From Eledone cirrhosa (Eukaryota), in NCBI GenBank assembly GCA_964016885.1, contig OZ024746.1, positions 44,392,001-44,456,000 of the forward strand: DNA of 64,000 nucleotides. Direction: 5' to 3'. Shown here in pieces: positions 51,064 through 64,000 of this stretch (within the stretch, counting starts at the first letter, position 1; each line of letters starts with the position of its first letter). The notes below the pieces were generated by a model that had not been told where the DNA came from, made no database searches, and saw only the letters and a list, made by a program, of their open reading frames with translations. Made by a program: the position numbers and the translations under genes.

Positions 51064-51130
51064 GCTGCTTCTGCTGCTGCTTTTGCTGCTGCTGCTTCTA
51101 CTGCTGTTGCTGCTCCTGCTGCTACTGCTT
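50985..51130. repeat. (ACT)n-(GCT)n microsatellite
   Basis: Seen directly in the sequence. Confidence 0.95.
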
Positions 51131-51289
51131 TAGGTGTCAGAAACACACTCGGCAAAAACGGAAACAAAAATGAAGGAAGAGGGAAAACAAACAAACAACA
51201 ACAACAATAATAATGATGGTAAAAATAATATCAACATTCAAGAATGGCAGAATGACTAGCGCAAACTCAATGGAAATAGATGTGAATAC

Positions 51290-52812
51290 AGCAATTAAGG
51301 AGCTAGAGCAGCAACAAGTCTAGAGATATCTAGGGATCAATGAAGGCTACGGTATTCACCATGCCAGCATGAAAGAGAAAATCAGGAAGGAATCCTACCG
51401 GAGAGTACGTGATGTTTTGAAAACCGAACTTAATTCGAGAAATATACTATCTGCTATAAATGTGCTTGCAGTCTCAGTTGTCAACTCCTGTTTCAATATC
51501 AGAAATTGGAACATTAATGAAATTAAGAGACGGGACACCACAATTGGGAGTCATTTGACCTGTAATAAAATACATCACCCAAATGCAGATGTGGATCGCC
51601 TTTATCTCCCTAGACAAAACAGAGATAAATGAATGATCAAACTCGAGCTTTCATGCAAAATATCGACCATTGGACTCAATCAGTACCTTGAAAACACAAA
51701 TGACTATGATGTACATGGTTACAGATCACGAAAGGAAGAAGAGGTTACGTTCAGTGCCAATGGAATGTTTGCGGAAGAATTGGGAATACATTTTTAATAT
51801 GATAGCGATTCTGCAATTAAAGGCGAAAAGAATATCAAAGTTTTGGCAAAAAACGAAACCAACATAGATTTGAACTAAATGGGTGCAAAACCCAATGCAT
51901 GGGCTGAATGTTCCCCGTAGGAAATAACCTGATTTAGGTCAAAATCTAACCATCAGTGGCTGTGGAGTCTGGGCTAAAGACAGAGTGTGAAAACTTAATT
52001 TTAGCTGCTCAAGACCAGTGCTTTTCAACGCCCAACTTTCAAGTCAGTGTGATCAGAAATGGAGCTGATCCAAAATGTCGTTTCTGAGCATTTTGAGGCC
52101 ATTTACCACCTGGTTTCAGGTTGCAAAGTATTAATTAGCTCCTCAGGAATATAAAGCAAGGCGTGATAAAGTGGGGGAAATACTTGCACAGGATAATGTG
52201 CAGGTGTTATTGTTTGAAAACGGAGGGAAATGGTACAAATGTAACCCAGATGCAGTAACAGGAGGCGAGAAAGTGACAATCCTATGGGATTTCCTTGTGA
52301 ATACCGACAGAAAAAGCAAAGCTAACAAACCTAATATAACTGTGAAAGACCATCATGAGAAAATATGTTTCTTAATTGACATGGGCATACCATCAGATCT
52401 TAACACCTCCTCGAAATAATTCGGAAAGCTTAGTAAGTATTAAGATCTATGAATTGAGTTTGTGCAAATTTGGCATCTCACGGCCTGTACAAGACCAGTG
52501 ATAGTTGGTGCACTCAGAATGATAAAAAAGGGATCTGAAAAATATTTGGACCGGATACCTGGATAGCCATATTTGCATGAGATACAGAAATTAGTGCTGA
52601 CTGGTACTGTACAGGTCTACGAAAGTCATTATCAATATAAAAACCTTACAAAGACATTTACTTGTGTTTGTGCCCTTGTAGCACCATTTGTATGACAACT
52701 GATTGTAAAATGTGTGTGTATTAACAAATTTTGCCGCAGATGTGAGGTTGACACTCGCCATGATATGGAAAAGAAGCAGAATTCAAAGGCATTTTCAAAT
52801 AATAATAATATT
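51290..52812 (+). mobile_element. Degenerate 5'-truncated R4/Dong copy with an (AAT)n tail
   Basis: MKEKIRKESYRRVRDVLKTELNSRN..., HHPNADVDRLYLPR, ILWDF..TDRKSKANKPNI..LIDMGIP, homologous to 34300-35665. Confidence 0.82.
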
Positions 52813-53830
52813 AATATTAATGCAAATTACATGTGATTAAAACACATATATACTAAAATAAAGAGGAAATAAACAGCACGGAAAATAAAAGAAAACAAAA
52901 CAAGCGATGTGAATTTTCAATGCAAACAAAGCAATACATCAAAGCCAACCATCTCCATAAATAATCAAACAGAAAATATGAACCGGCAGGGTCAGTATAT
53001 AAAATAGCATGTGATTATTGCATTCAAGATACAAAAATAAGGTAACACGTGGTTCACACAGTAACAAACAAAACATTTATACTTTACTGCTAGATTGTAA
53101 AATAACAACAACTTTAAAAGAGAACATTGGACATGTAAAAATTACATTGAAGTGCTACAATCCCATTAAACGCTAACGCTATAACTAACATATATGAACA
53201 TATTAAAAGAGACGTATGAGTTGCGGATAAAAGTATAAGTGGGTAGAAATATCAATGCAAATGCATTTTTGGATACTAGAGACGCCATTATATGTCAAAG
53301 CAAACTGTTCTCGGACACAACTGTTATGGGAGGGCAATCAATAATCTTTGTTACATGTAGGTATTACACGGATTTACTAGAGGAGCAGATTTGAGATACG
53401 GAGATGAAAATTCCGCTAAGACAATCTTGAAGAAAGGAAAATTATTTAAGAACATAAATATCTTCGATGAAAAATGCAGAAGAATGATTTAGAGCAAATG
53501 GAATCAATGAAATACATAGATTACAAAACAAACATCTGAACGGAAATAGTTTTGGTGAAGCACAGATAAATACAATACTTAAGGTTGTAGGCAACAATAT
53601 ACTAGCTGTCTCAGTAACACGTTATATTAATGTTAAATTAACTAGTAATATATGACAGAGAAACAAGCACAATATTGACAACATAGCATTTAGAATATAA
53701 GAGAAATATTATATTTGTATAAGAAAGGTTATAATCTATCATGAATACCGAGCGGTAGTAGCTTTATGGAACAGAAGAAGTATAATATAATATTATATAT
53801 ATATATATAAGCTTATTATATATATATATA

Positions 53831-54633
53831 TAAATACATTATCAGAGAAAGCTTTTAGCGATACCCCGGCCAAATTCCAACTCACTCAACAAACATTAGA
53901 AAATAAGTGAGTATATTCCTAATTAAACGTTCGGGGTGCTAACTAAATGTATTGTGTGGGAAATTGGTTGTATTATTTCATGAGACATATCGAATATATC
54001 TCTTCCCAGACGGACGTCTCGTTTCATTATAAGATTCTTACAATTTGGGTGAAATTATACCAATTTATGTAGGAGCTTGTATAGGATCAACACATAATAT
54101 TCAAGTGGGCTCTTATAATTCATCAGTGGATACCCAATAATACTAATATTGATAATCTAACCAATATCAGTATTTAGCGATAATCACCATCAGTGCCTGA
54201 GGTATCTGTTAGGTTGCTACTCCAGCAGTTCTAAAGAAATACTCAAACTGATTAAAAAATGAGGAAGTATATTACCGCCTAAAAAACAATACATGCGCAG
54301 GACAATGAATTCTAAAAGGAATTGAGGCCACGTGCTAGAACTCAATTGGAATTTGAAAAAATATCCATGTGTGTACAACGTTTGATGACACACATAGATA
54401 TTTTCTCGGGCAAAATAACAGAATGAGATACAAGAAACAATCAATATTCATATATAAAAAAAATAAACAAAGAGAGTTCAAACCTTATATCGGGAATTTC
54501 ATATCTGTTGCACCAAGAGTAAATAAATAAATACATTATCGGAGAAAGCTTTTAGCGATACTCCGGCCAAATTCCAACTCACTCAACAAACATTAGGGAA
54601 TAAGTGAGTATATTCCTAATTAAATATAACCTC

Positions 54634-54636
<3 letters not shown>
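53831..54636 (+). mobile_element. 0.8-kb non-coding element with 97-bp direct terminal repeats between (TA)n tracts
   Basis: 53831-53927 and 54528-54624 are near-identical. A short tail tataacctctac precedes (AT)n. Confidence 0.65.
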
Positions 54637-54717
<81 letters not shown>

Positions 54718-54742
54718 GTATAAAATCAATACAATATTATTA

Positions 54743-54812
54743 CCTCATTACCAGAGGTTTCCCGAATGAGGCGAATACGAAATAAACGACTTCATTCGTT
54801 CGTCAGACGAGG
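54743..54812 (-). ncRNA. Type I hammerhead ribozyme, inverted-arm copy
   Basis: The reverse complement reads cctcgt-CTGACGA-a-cgaatga...tcattcg-g-GAAA-cc-tct-gg-TA-atgagg. Confidence 0.82.
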
Positions 54813-55569
54813 CAATATAAAACATGGGCAAATACTTAGAAAAACACATCAAGAAAACACATCAAGAAAATCAAAAAAATATATAGATAAATGAAATAGA
54901 AATTGAAATATATAAAAATCTATCAAGAAAAATAGTTAGGTGTGTGTATGTGTATGTATATACGCTCATAGATGTGCATATATGTATATGTGCACGTGTA
55001 AATGTATGGTTAGAAAGTGTGCGTAATTATAAAAATTTAGGGCAAATGTATCTATATGTCTGTATTATGCAGACGGAAATGGTTACTTCGTAAAAATAAG
55101 AAAATAAAGTCGCGCGCATAAAAACGCCTGGACACTCGTACATTTAGATGCGGAAAGTAAGGAGATGAAGAGAGTATAATAAATAAAAGAAAAGTATCTA
55201 TTACGATATATTTATAAAAATATAGTAACGATAAATTAGAAAGACAAGATAGAAAGAAAAAATTTAAGAAAACAAAAAAAGCGGGGGTACATACATACAC
55301 AGACACGCGTGTCTCACAAAAGAAATGTAAAAATAATTATGCTTATATACACACGCGCGCTTACACTTCCATACGTTCGATGCGTACATACACACACACA
55401 CACATACTTATACTCGCGCATATAAACCTGTTTGCATGCCCATGTATGAAACTGGGTAAGTAACAAAAGAGGGAAGGGGGGGGGGGGGAGAAAAAAGAAA
55501 CAAAAAATATAAAACCGAAATGTCAAAAACACGGATATAAAGACACTTACACATACGCATAATATACAT

Positions 55570-56742
55570 TGTGATCTGGTCGGCCTATTCCTCTTACATA
55601 CACTTAAAGAAAAATTTCCTAACCATATTTTTGGGCTTTATCGCGATGATGGTCTAATACTTTCCCATACCACCATAGGCCATAACTTAGATAGATTAAG
55701 GAAAGACTTAATAAAAACCTTTGCTAGTTTTAATCTTAAAATGACTATTGATACTAACCTTTCCAACGTAGATTTCCTAGATATTAACTTAGATTTGCCT
55801 ACTGCTTCTTATAAACCATACCATAAACCTAATGAAAACTTAAAATATATAAATAAAGGATCTTGCCATCTACCTATAGTTTTTAAAAACCTTATCCCTA
55901 ATATTAGCCGTAGGATCTCCACCCTCTCTTCATCAGAAGCTATTTTCAATAAGGCATCCCCCTACTATAATAAAGCCCTCCAAAATAGCGGCTTTAGCGA
56001 ACCGATTAAATACATACCTAACTACACTAACTCTATTAAACATAAAAATAGGAAAAGAAAAATAATCTGGTTCACACCACCCTACTCTCTAGCAGTTAAA
56101 ACTAATGTAGGCAAAACATTCCTAGAACTCCTAGATAAACATTTCCCTAGAACACATAGATACTATAAGATCTTTAACAGAAACTGTGTTAAAATTAGCT
56201 ATTCCTGCGGTCCCCCTATTAAGTCCTATATCCTCAACAAAACATCACCTAGAGAAAATCAAACTTGCTCCTGTAGAATCAAAAGTGAATGTCCATTACA
56301 AGGTAAATGCAACACCAAAGCCATTGTATATGCGGCTAATGTGACAACTATCAGCAACAACCATCCAGTCACCAGTGAACGATATGTGGGTATGACGCAA
56401 GACAAATTCAAAACGCGTTATTACTCACATGTCGCATCCTTTCGACATCCAGAAAAAAGATTTACAACAGCTCTGGCTAGCAGAATTTGGGATTTGAAAG
56501 ACCAAGGCATCCAATATAAACTAGATTGGTCAATTTTGAACCAATCTAAAAAATATGCTAGAGGAACAAGAAAATGCACGCTCTGCATAAATGAAAAATT
56601 TTGGATATTGCAAAATCTCAAATCACCAAAGACCTGCCTGAACACAAAGACGGAAATTTTTACCAGTTGCCCACACATGAAATCACACCTGCTTTCCAGC
56701 TCATATAAACTTAACACACTTTCAGACACTTATCCTCCATAA
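55570..56742 (+). CDS. Partial PLE pol: RT palm and thumb plus GIY-YIG
   Basis: Open frame CDLVGLF...GLYRDDGL...VDFLD...IIWFTPPYS...CSCRIKSECPLQGKC...IVYAA...YVGMT..FKTRYYSH...CTLC..EK. Confidence 0.88.
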   Translation, partial: CDLVGLFLLHTLKEKFPNHIFGLYRDDGLILSHTTIGHNLDRLRKDLIKTFASFNLKMTIDTNLSNVDFLDINLDLPTASYKPYHKPNENLKYINKGSCHLPIVFKNLIPNISRRISTLSSSEAIFNKASPYYNKALQNSGFSEPIKYIPNYTNSIKHKNRKRKIIWFTPPYSLAVKTNVGKTFLELLDKHFPRTHRYYKIFNRNCVKISYSCGPPIKSYILNKTSPRENQTCSCRIKSECPLQGKCNTKAIVYAANVTTISNNHPVTSERYVGMTQDKFKTRYYSHVASFRHPEKRFTTALASRIWDLKDQGIQYKLDWSILNQSKKYARGTRKCTLCINEKFWILQNLKSPKTCLNTKTEIFTSCPHMKSHLLSSSYKLNTLSDTYPP

Positions 56743-57169
56743 ACTCTGATTATTCTCTTTTTAATTACCCTTTCTGACTTACTTTCATTCTTATCCTTGT
56801 CGATAATTTCATTTATTTTCACTTTTATTTATTTTTTTATTTATTTTTACTTCACCCCACCCCCCACCCCACCCCCCACCCCACCCCCACCCCCTTTATC
56901 CTCCGATCAACTTCCTATTTTCTATTTTTTACTTCCCCTTCTTTTACTTCCCTTTTTACTCTACTAACTGATTATACTTGTCTTTTGTGTTTTTCAATCC
57001 AGATATATTTTTCATTTTTATTTTTATTTTATTTTTGCGCAGCCTATCTTACAATTTTATATTTGTATTTATTTATCCACATTTCAATATGGCTGAACGC
57101 CTTAATGTGTGTATACTTTTTTATATATGTACATGAGTGACTACGTATGTGCGCGCGCGTGCGTGCATG

Positions 57170-57208
<39 letters not shown>

Positions 57209-57992
57209 GTGTATGTATGCGTGTGTGTACTGGTGTTTGTGTGTGTGCGTGTGTGTATATTATGCGTATGTGTAAGTGTCTTTATATCCGTGTTTTTGAC
57301 ATTTCGGTTTTATATTTTTTTGTTTCTTTTTTCTCCCCCCCCCTCCCTCTTTTGTTACTTACCCAGTTTCATACATGGGCATGCAAACAGGTTTATATGC
57401 GCGAGTATAAGTATGTGTGTGTGTGTGTATGTACGCATCGAACGTATGGAAGTGTAAGCGCGCGTGTGTATATAAGCATAATTATTTTTACATTTCTTTT
57501 GTGAGACACGCGTGTCTGTGTATGTATGTACCCCCGCTTTTTTTGTTTTCCTAAATTTTTTCTTTCTATCTTGTCTTTCTAATTTATCGTTACTATATTT
57601 TTATAAATATATCGTAATAGATACTTTTCTTTTATTTATTATACTCTCTTCATCTCCTTACTTTCCGCATCTAAATGTACGAGTGTCCAGGCGTTTTTAT
57701 GCGCGCGACTTTATTTTCTTATTTTTACGAAGTAACCATTTCCGTCTGCATAATACAGACATATAGATACATTTGCCCTAAATTTTTATAATTACGCACA
57801 CTTTCTAACCATACATTTACACGTGCACATATACATATATGCACATCTATGAGCGTATATACATACACATACACACACCTAACTATTTTTCTTGATAGAT
57901 TTTTATATATTTCAATTTCTATTTCATTTATCTATATATTTTTTTGATTTTCTTGATGTGTTTTTCTAAGTATTTGCCCATGTTTTATATTG

Positions 57993-58062
57993 CCTCGTCT
58001 GACGAACGAATGAAGTCGTTTATTTCGTATTCGCCTCTTTCGGGAAACCTCTGGTAATGAGG
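57993..58062 (+). ncRNA. Type I hammerhead ribozyme
   Basis: Stem I cctcgt/atgagg, CTGACGA at 57999-58005, GAAA at 58044-58047, stem III cc-tct-gg, UA cleavage site. Confidence 0.8.
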
Positions 58063-58160
58063 TAATAATATTGTATTGATTTTATACATAAAATTTTGCT
58101 CTGATACTGACATAGAGCACTCTTCATTTCTATGACCTTTTCTGTTTCTAACTGAAATTT

Positions 58161-58203
<43 letters not shown>

Positions 58204-58205
<2 letters not shown>

Positions 58206-58536
58206 GAGGTTATATTTAATTTGTTGGGATACAACAAGCAAAATATTTTTATAACTGATATAAAGCACTCAACAAATTATTTGAGTAAAAATGCAATATA
58301 TTAACAAATGGAAACTATATTTATAAAACCATATTTATTTCATTATATATATTTCAAGGGACTCCAACCGTGAAAGTTGCATTTTTCAGAGTATGTCAAT
58401 ATTTATTTATAAAACTAATCTATATTATATTTTATCTGATGAAAGCGCACCATGATCTGCCTTGCTGGCCCTTGAAATATGTATAATGAAATAAATATGG
58501 TTTTATAAATATAGTTTCCATTTGTTAATATATTGT

Positions 58537-58540
<4 letters not shown>
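58204..58540. mobile_element. Small fold-back element with a degenerate hammerhead core
   Basis: Arms at 58294-58370 and 58469-58535, CTGATGA at 58436-58442, GAAA at 58474-58477, and (TA)n flanks. Confidence 0.6.
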
Positions 58541-58613
<73 letters not shown>

Positions 58614-58629
58614 TATATATATATATATA

Positions 58630-60655
<2,026 letters not shown>

Positions 60656-60879
60656 CTACTGTATGACTAAGAAAAATGTTTAGCAAAGAATAATAGAATG
60701 CTAATACAAATAGCTACAAAACACGAATACAATATAAACTAAAAAGGGAAACTAAAAATGGAAACTAAAAAATAAAGAACAGTAGGTGTATAAAAGGCTT
60801 GCGGGGAGAATGGAGAAATAAAATATAAAGATGTATAAAACCTAAATACTAAGTTATATCTGTGGTTCGGAACGTCATT

Positions 60880-61620
60880 CTAAAGCTATTGGAAGAAAAT
60901 TCTCATACATGACCAATACACGAAAAAAAATGGGCATGTTACAAAGAGTATGGAAACATCACCACAATGGATGAGTAGTGAATGAATAAATGTTGAATTT
61001 GAAGGATTCTATTGCAACACGAGATTAAAGCCGTCTCAGTAGAAATCCCCAGAACCATATCATGAAACAGGATATATGAGTTATTTCCAAAATCTGTAGA
61101 AATTTGGAAGACAATTAACCACATGGTTTCTGGATGTGCAGTCTTATCCGGAAAAACAATTATATCTCAAACTTTCATACATTAGAATTCAGGCCAACAT
61201 TATGAAATGCCTTCAAAATAGTAGTGGCATTAACATACATGAGAATATGCAGCATAATCTCTTACATGAGGGTCATGCTCGGTGCTATACCAATCAGAAA
61301 AGACAGTGATAAAAGGCAAGTTAACCACAAATTGTTGTCGGAGACAATCAATTTGGAAGGAAGAAGCACGCTTATCGAACTATTAATCCTAACTGACGAT
61401 AATTTATCTCCGGTATAAAAAGAGAAATTAATCTAATATATTCAAATATAAAGGTCTGGAAATAGAGTTAACCAGAATATGGAGGCGGAAAATAAAAACA
61501 AGCCTTATAATAAAGTGCTTTGTGGATTATTAAACAGTCAAGTAACCAAAATTCCAGGAATTAAAAATATGCAGTGTATAATAGAAAATAGTACTAAAAT
61601 GCACTGTGCACTTTCAGAAG
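60880..61620 (+). mobile_element. Very degenerate R4/Dong 3' relic
   Basis: Relics of YGN/KY, KCRNLEDN..HMVSGC, KYKGLEIELTRIW and QKIVL-like motifs, in the same order as 34920-35660. Confidence 0.55.
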
Positions 61621-62797
61621 AATAGGAAATACAAAGTCTAAAAAAACCCACCGAACACATCTAAGATGTATTTAAAGATGATCATCTTGAAAGTTTAAAC
61701 AATTTCCTCTTTAAAGTTTAATAAGTTTTCATAAACCAAAATTGAGTTGTATCACCAGTTTCTAATAATTATGCTTTTGAGAGAATTGAAAGAATACATA
61801 AATGTCGTATTCTGTAGAGCCACTCACATAGTCGTAGAGTTATAACAGGTTGCCATATTTGTTTCGGAAACCACTCATGAGTGAGCATTTGAGAAATATT
61901 GAAACATCTAGTGGGATTTTGGTGCAGAAATAACACATTACATTGTTGCAATATCTAGTAGATATAATATTATTCCTGACCATATAAAGAAGAAAACAGT
62001 ATTGATTTCGTTGATTGTAGAAGGGGGAAAACAAAAATAACAAAATTATCTCCTTAAATGTCCAGTTATAGTGCACAGAATGAATATTCACGGCATCTAT
62101 GTAGCAGAAATCAATAGATTCTACCTGAAATACAAATCTCATACTTGGAATGAGTCAAAAAAGTAGAAATGAAAGCGAATAAATAGCTGTCATTATGTAG
62201 AAGAGATACATATCATAAATGAAATCAATGTTGGCATTGAAGATACACAAAGTTGAAAGGAAATATTTAATTGCAACATTTCTAAGAAATGGACATTCAA
62301 GACATTGTATATGAAAAAATGCACACAAACAAGATGAAATATTGGACAGCAGATGGCACTTAACAAGGAAAATCAGTTGATAAGATGATGTCCAAGACAA
62401 TGATACCAGAAAGGTCAAATGTTATGTTAGAAAGCTCCATATGAACAATGGCAGATAGAAAAGAACGAGTTTACAAATAAATAAAAGACGAAATGAAATA
62501 GAAATGGAGTTTGAGATGTACAGAAAGATGAAAAGATGAAATGATAAAATAGAGACGAATATAGAAATAGAAACAGGTTAAAGAAGAATAAAATACTAAT
62601 ATTGTGTATATGAAATAGGCAGGAAACCGACAGGTAATGATGTGTAGAGGGTGATTGAAGGAATACGTGAAAGAAATATGGAGGATAGTTCGCTGAGTGA
62701 TAGAAAACTTTAAATTGTAATATAAAATTTGAAAGAATGAATATAAAAATAGATAAAGAATAAGTGCAGAAGCAGCTTATAGAATACTGGAGAGAGA

Positions 62798-62857
<60 letters not shown>

Positions 62858-64000
62858 TCGAAAATAGAATCAATAGACAAGATGTATAGAAAGTGTATGA
62901 TAGCGAATAATGAAGAACAGAATAGAAAGACGATATATAAAAGATAAAGTATATGAAGAAACTGTCTAGAGGAAGCAGAGAAAGTGGGTTCTTAAATAAA
63001 AGGAAAACAGAATGAATAAAACAATTCAGAACAATTGATAGAAAAATTATCTGACGAGATTCAATGAAAAACATAGGAAAAATATAACAAAAAACAAAAA
63101 CAAAAACACAAAAACAAAAAATTAACAGAAAATAACGGAAGCGTCATACAATCCATGTTTGGTGCTCATAGTAAATAAAACGACGTTATAAAGCTTGAAA
63201 ATATTCATAAAAATATTCGTGGGCAATGGAAATATAAATAAATAAAGATAAGAAAAAAAAATTAAATTCTGATAGAATAGAATTGTAATATGTAGAATCT
63301 ATATTTGTGTCAAAATTTACACACAAAAATATCCATAAATTACCATAATAAATATCCACACTACATTTGCAAAGGTGTATTCCATTCTCATTTTGCTGAA
63401 CTGAACACAAACAAAGATATTCTTACTGAATGAGATACAGTATTTTAATATGTATTTTGTTCTATTCTCATTTGCCTTCGAATCACACTCCGTTTTATGT
63501 AGATATCAACAGTAAATACTGAAGATTCAATGAGTGAAACTGCCTTAAAGTAATCCAAAGAGACAGCCGTGTTTCCTTCTAAGGTTAGTGAAATAATTTA
63601 GTAACTATTATTTAACATTTGCAAGAAATCATCATTCAGTGTTTGCAAGATGTTAGGGTGTCAGAGACGATAATACATCTGGGTATATCATAGTTTCGTC
63701 GCATAAATATCGATAAATTAAGCGTGTGCAATATATTGTGGTTGTTTTAATTGAGTATATTGTTCTCAATGAATGCCTGGTTTTCAAATTATACTAGAAA
63801 CATAATTTAAGTGACCTGTTGCAATGTACTTAAATAGTGTTTTGCACATTTATATTCGTATTTTCTCATTCACAGAATTTTAACGCTGAATTAGAGGCTG
63901 ATAAGAAAAGATTCGTTATAAATTTATGATATTGTAAGATCACCAAGTACCACCCCCTTTTTAATTCGCACATTTCTATAAATATAGATGTGATTTAAGA

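Larger units (their letters stand above)
54716..58162 (+). mobile_element. 5'-truncated Penelope-like element (YRDD type, probably Nematis-like) with an inverted pLTR
   Basis: Inverted arms at 54716-55568 and 57254-58089, an RT/GIY-YIG ORF, a one-sided tail at 58090-58162, and (TA)n flanks. Confidence 0.9.

Noticed and set aside
54095-54130. CTGATGA on the minus strand as a hammerhead core
   Set aside because: No convincing GAAA or stems.
55052-57766. Identical 84-aa and similar ORFs on opposite strands
   Set aside because: They result from the inverted pLTR and AT/GT-rich low complexity.
62050-62130. Possible minus-strand exon after tttgtatttcag
   Set aside because: No clear donor site or recognisable peptide.

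Overview
AT-rich, microsatellite-dense animal genomic DNA, probably from an octopus or other cephalopod (inferred from the SINE family and the repeat landscape). No host protein-coding gene can be supported. The window is mostly retroelements, sorted by microsatellite type. (TA)n tracts hold several fold-back (inverted-repeat) Penelope-like elements (PLEs), most carrying type I hammerhead ribozymes. One of these is a near-full-length, two-ORF PLE with an extra ORF1 linked to the RT-GIY-YIG ORF by a candidate -1 frameshift site (U UUU UUA). An (AAT)n tract holds two head-to-tail Tx1/L1-clade LINEs (one with intact ORFs), a 5'-truncated R4/Dong element, SINEs and an older degenerate Tx1. The rest is RTE, CRE-like and Dong relics, SINEs and simple repeats. 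All calls come from reading the sequence by eye; no database search was run.
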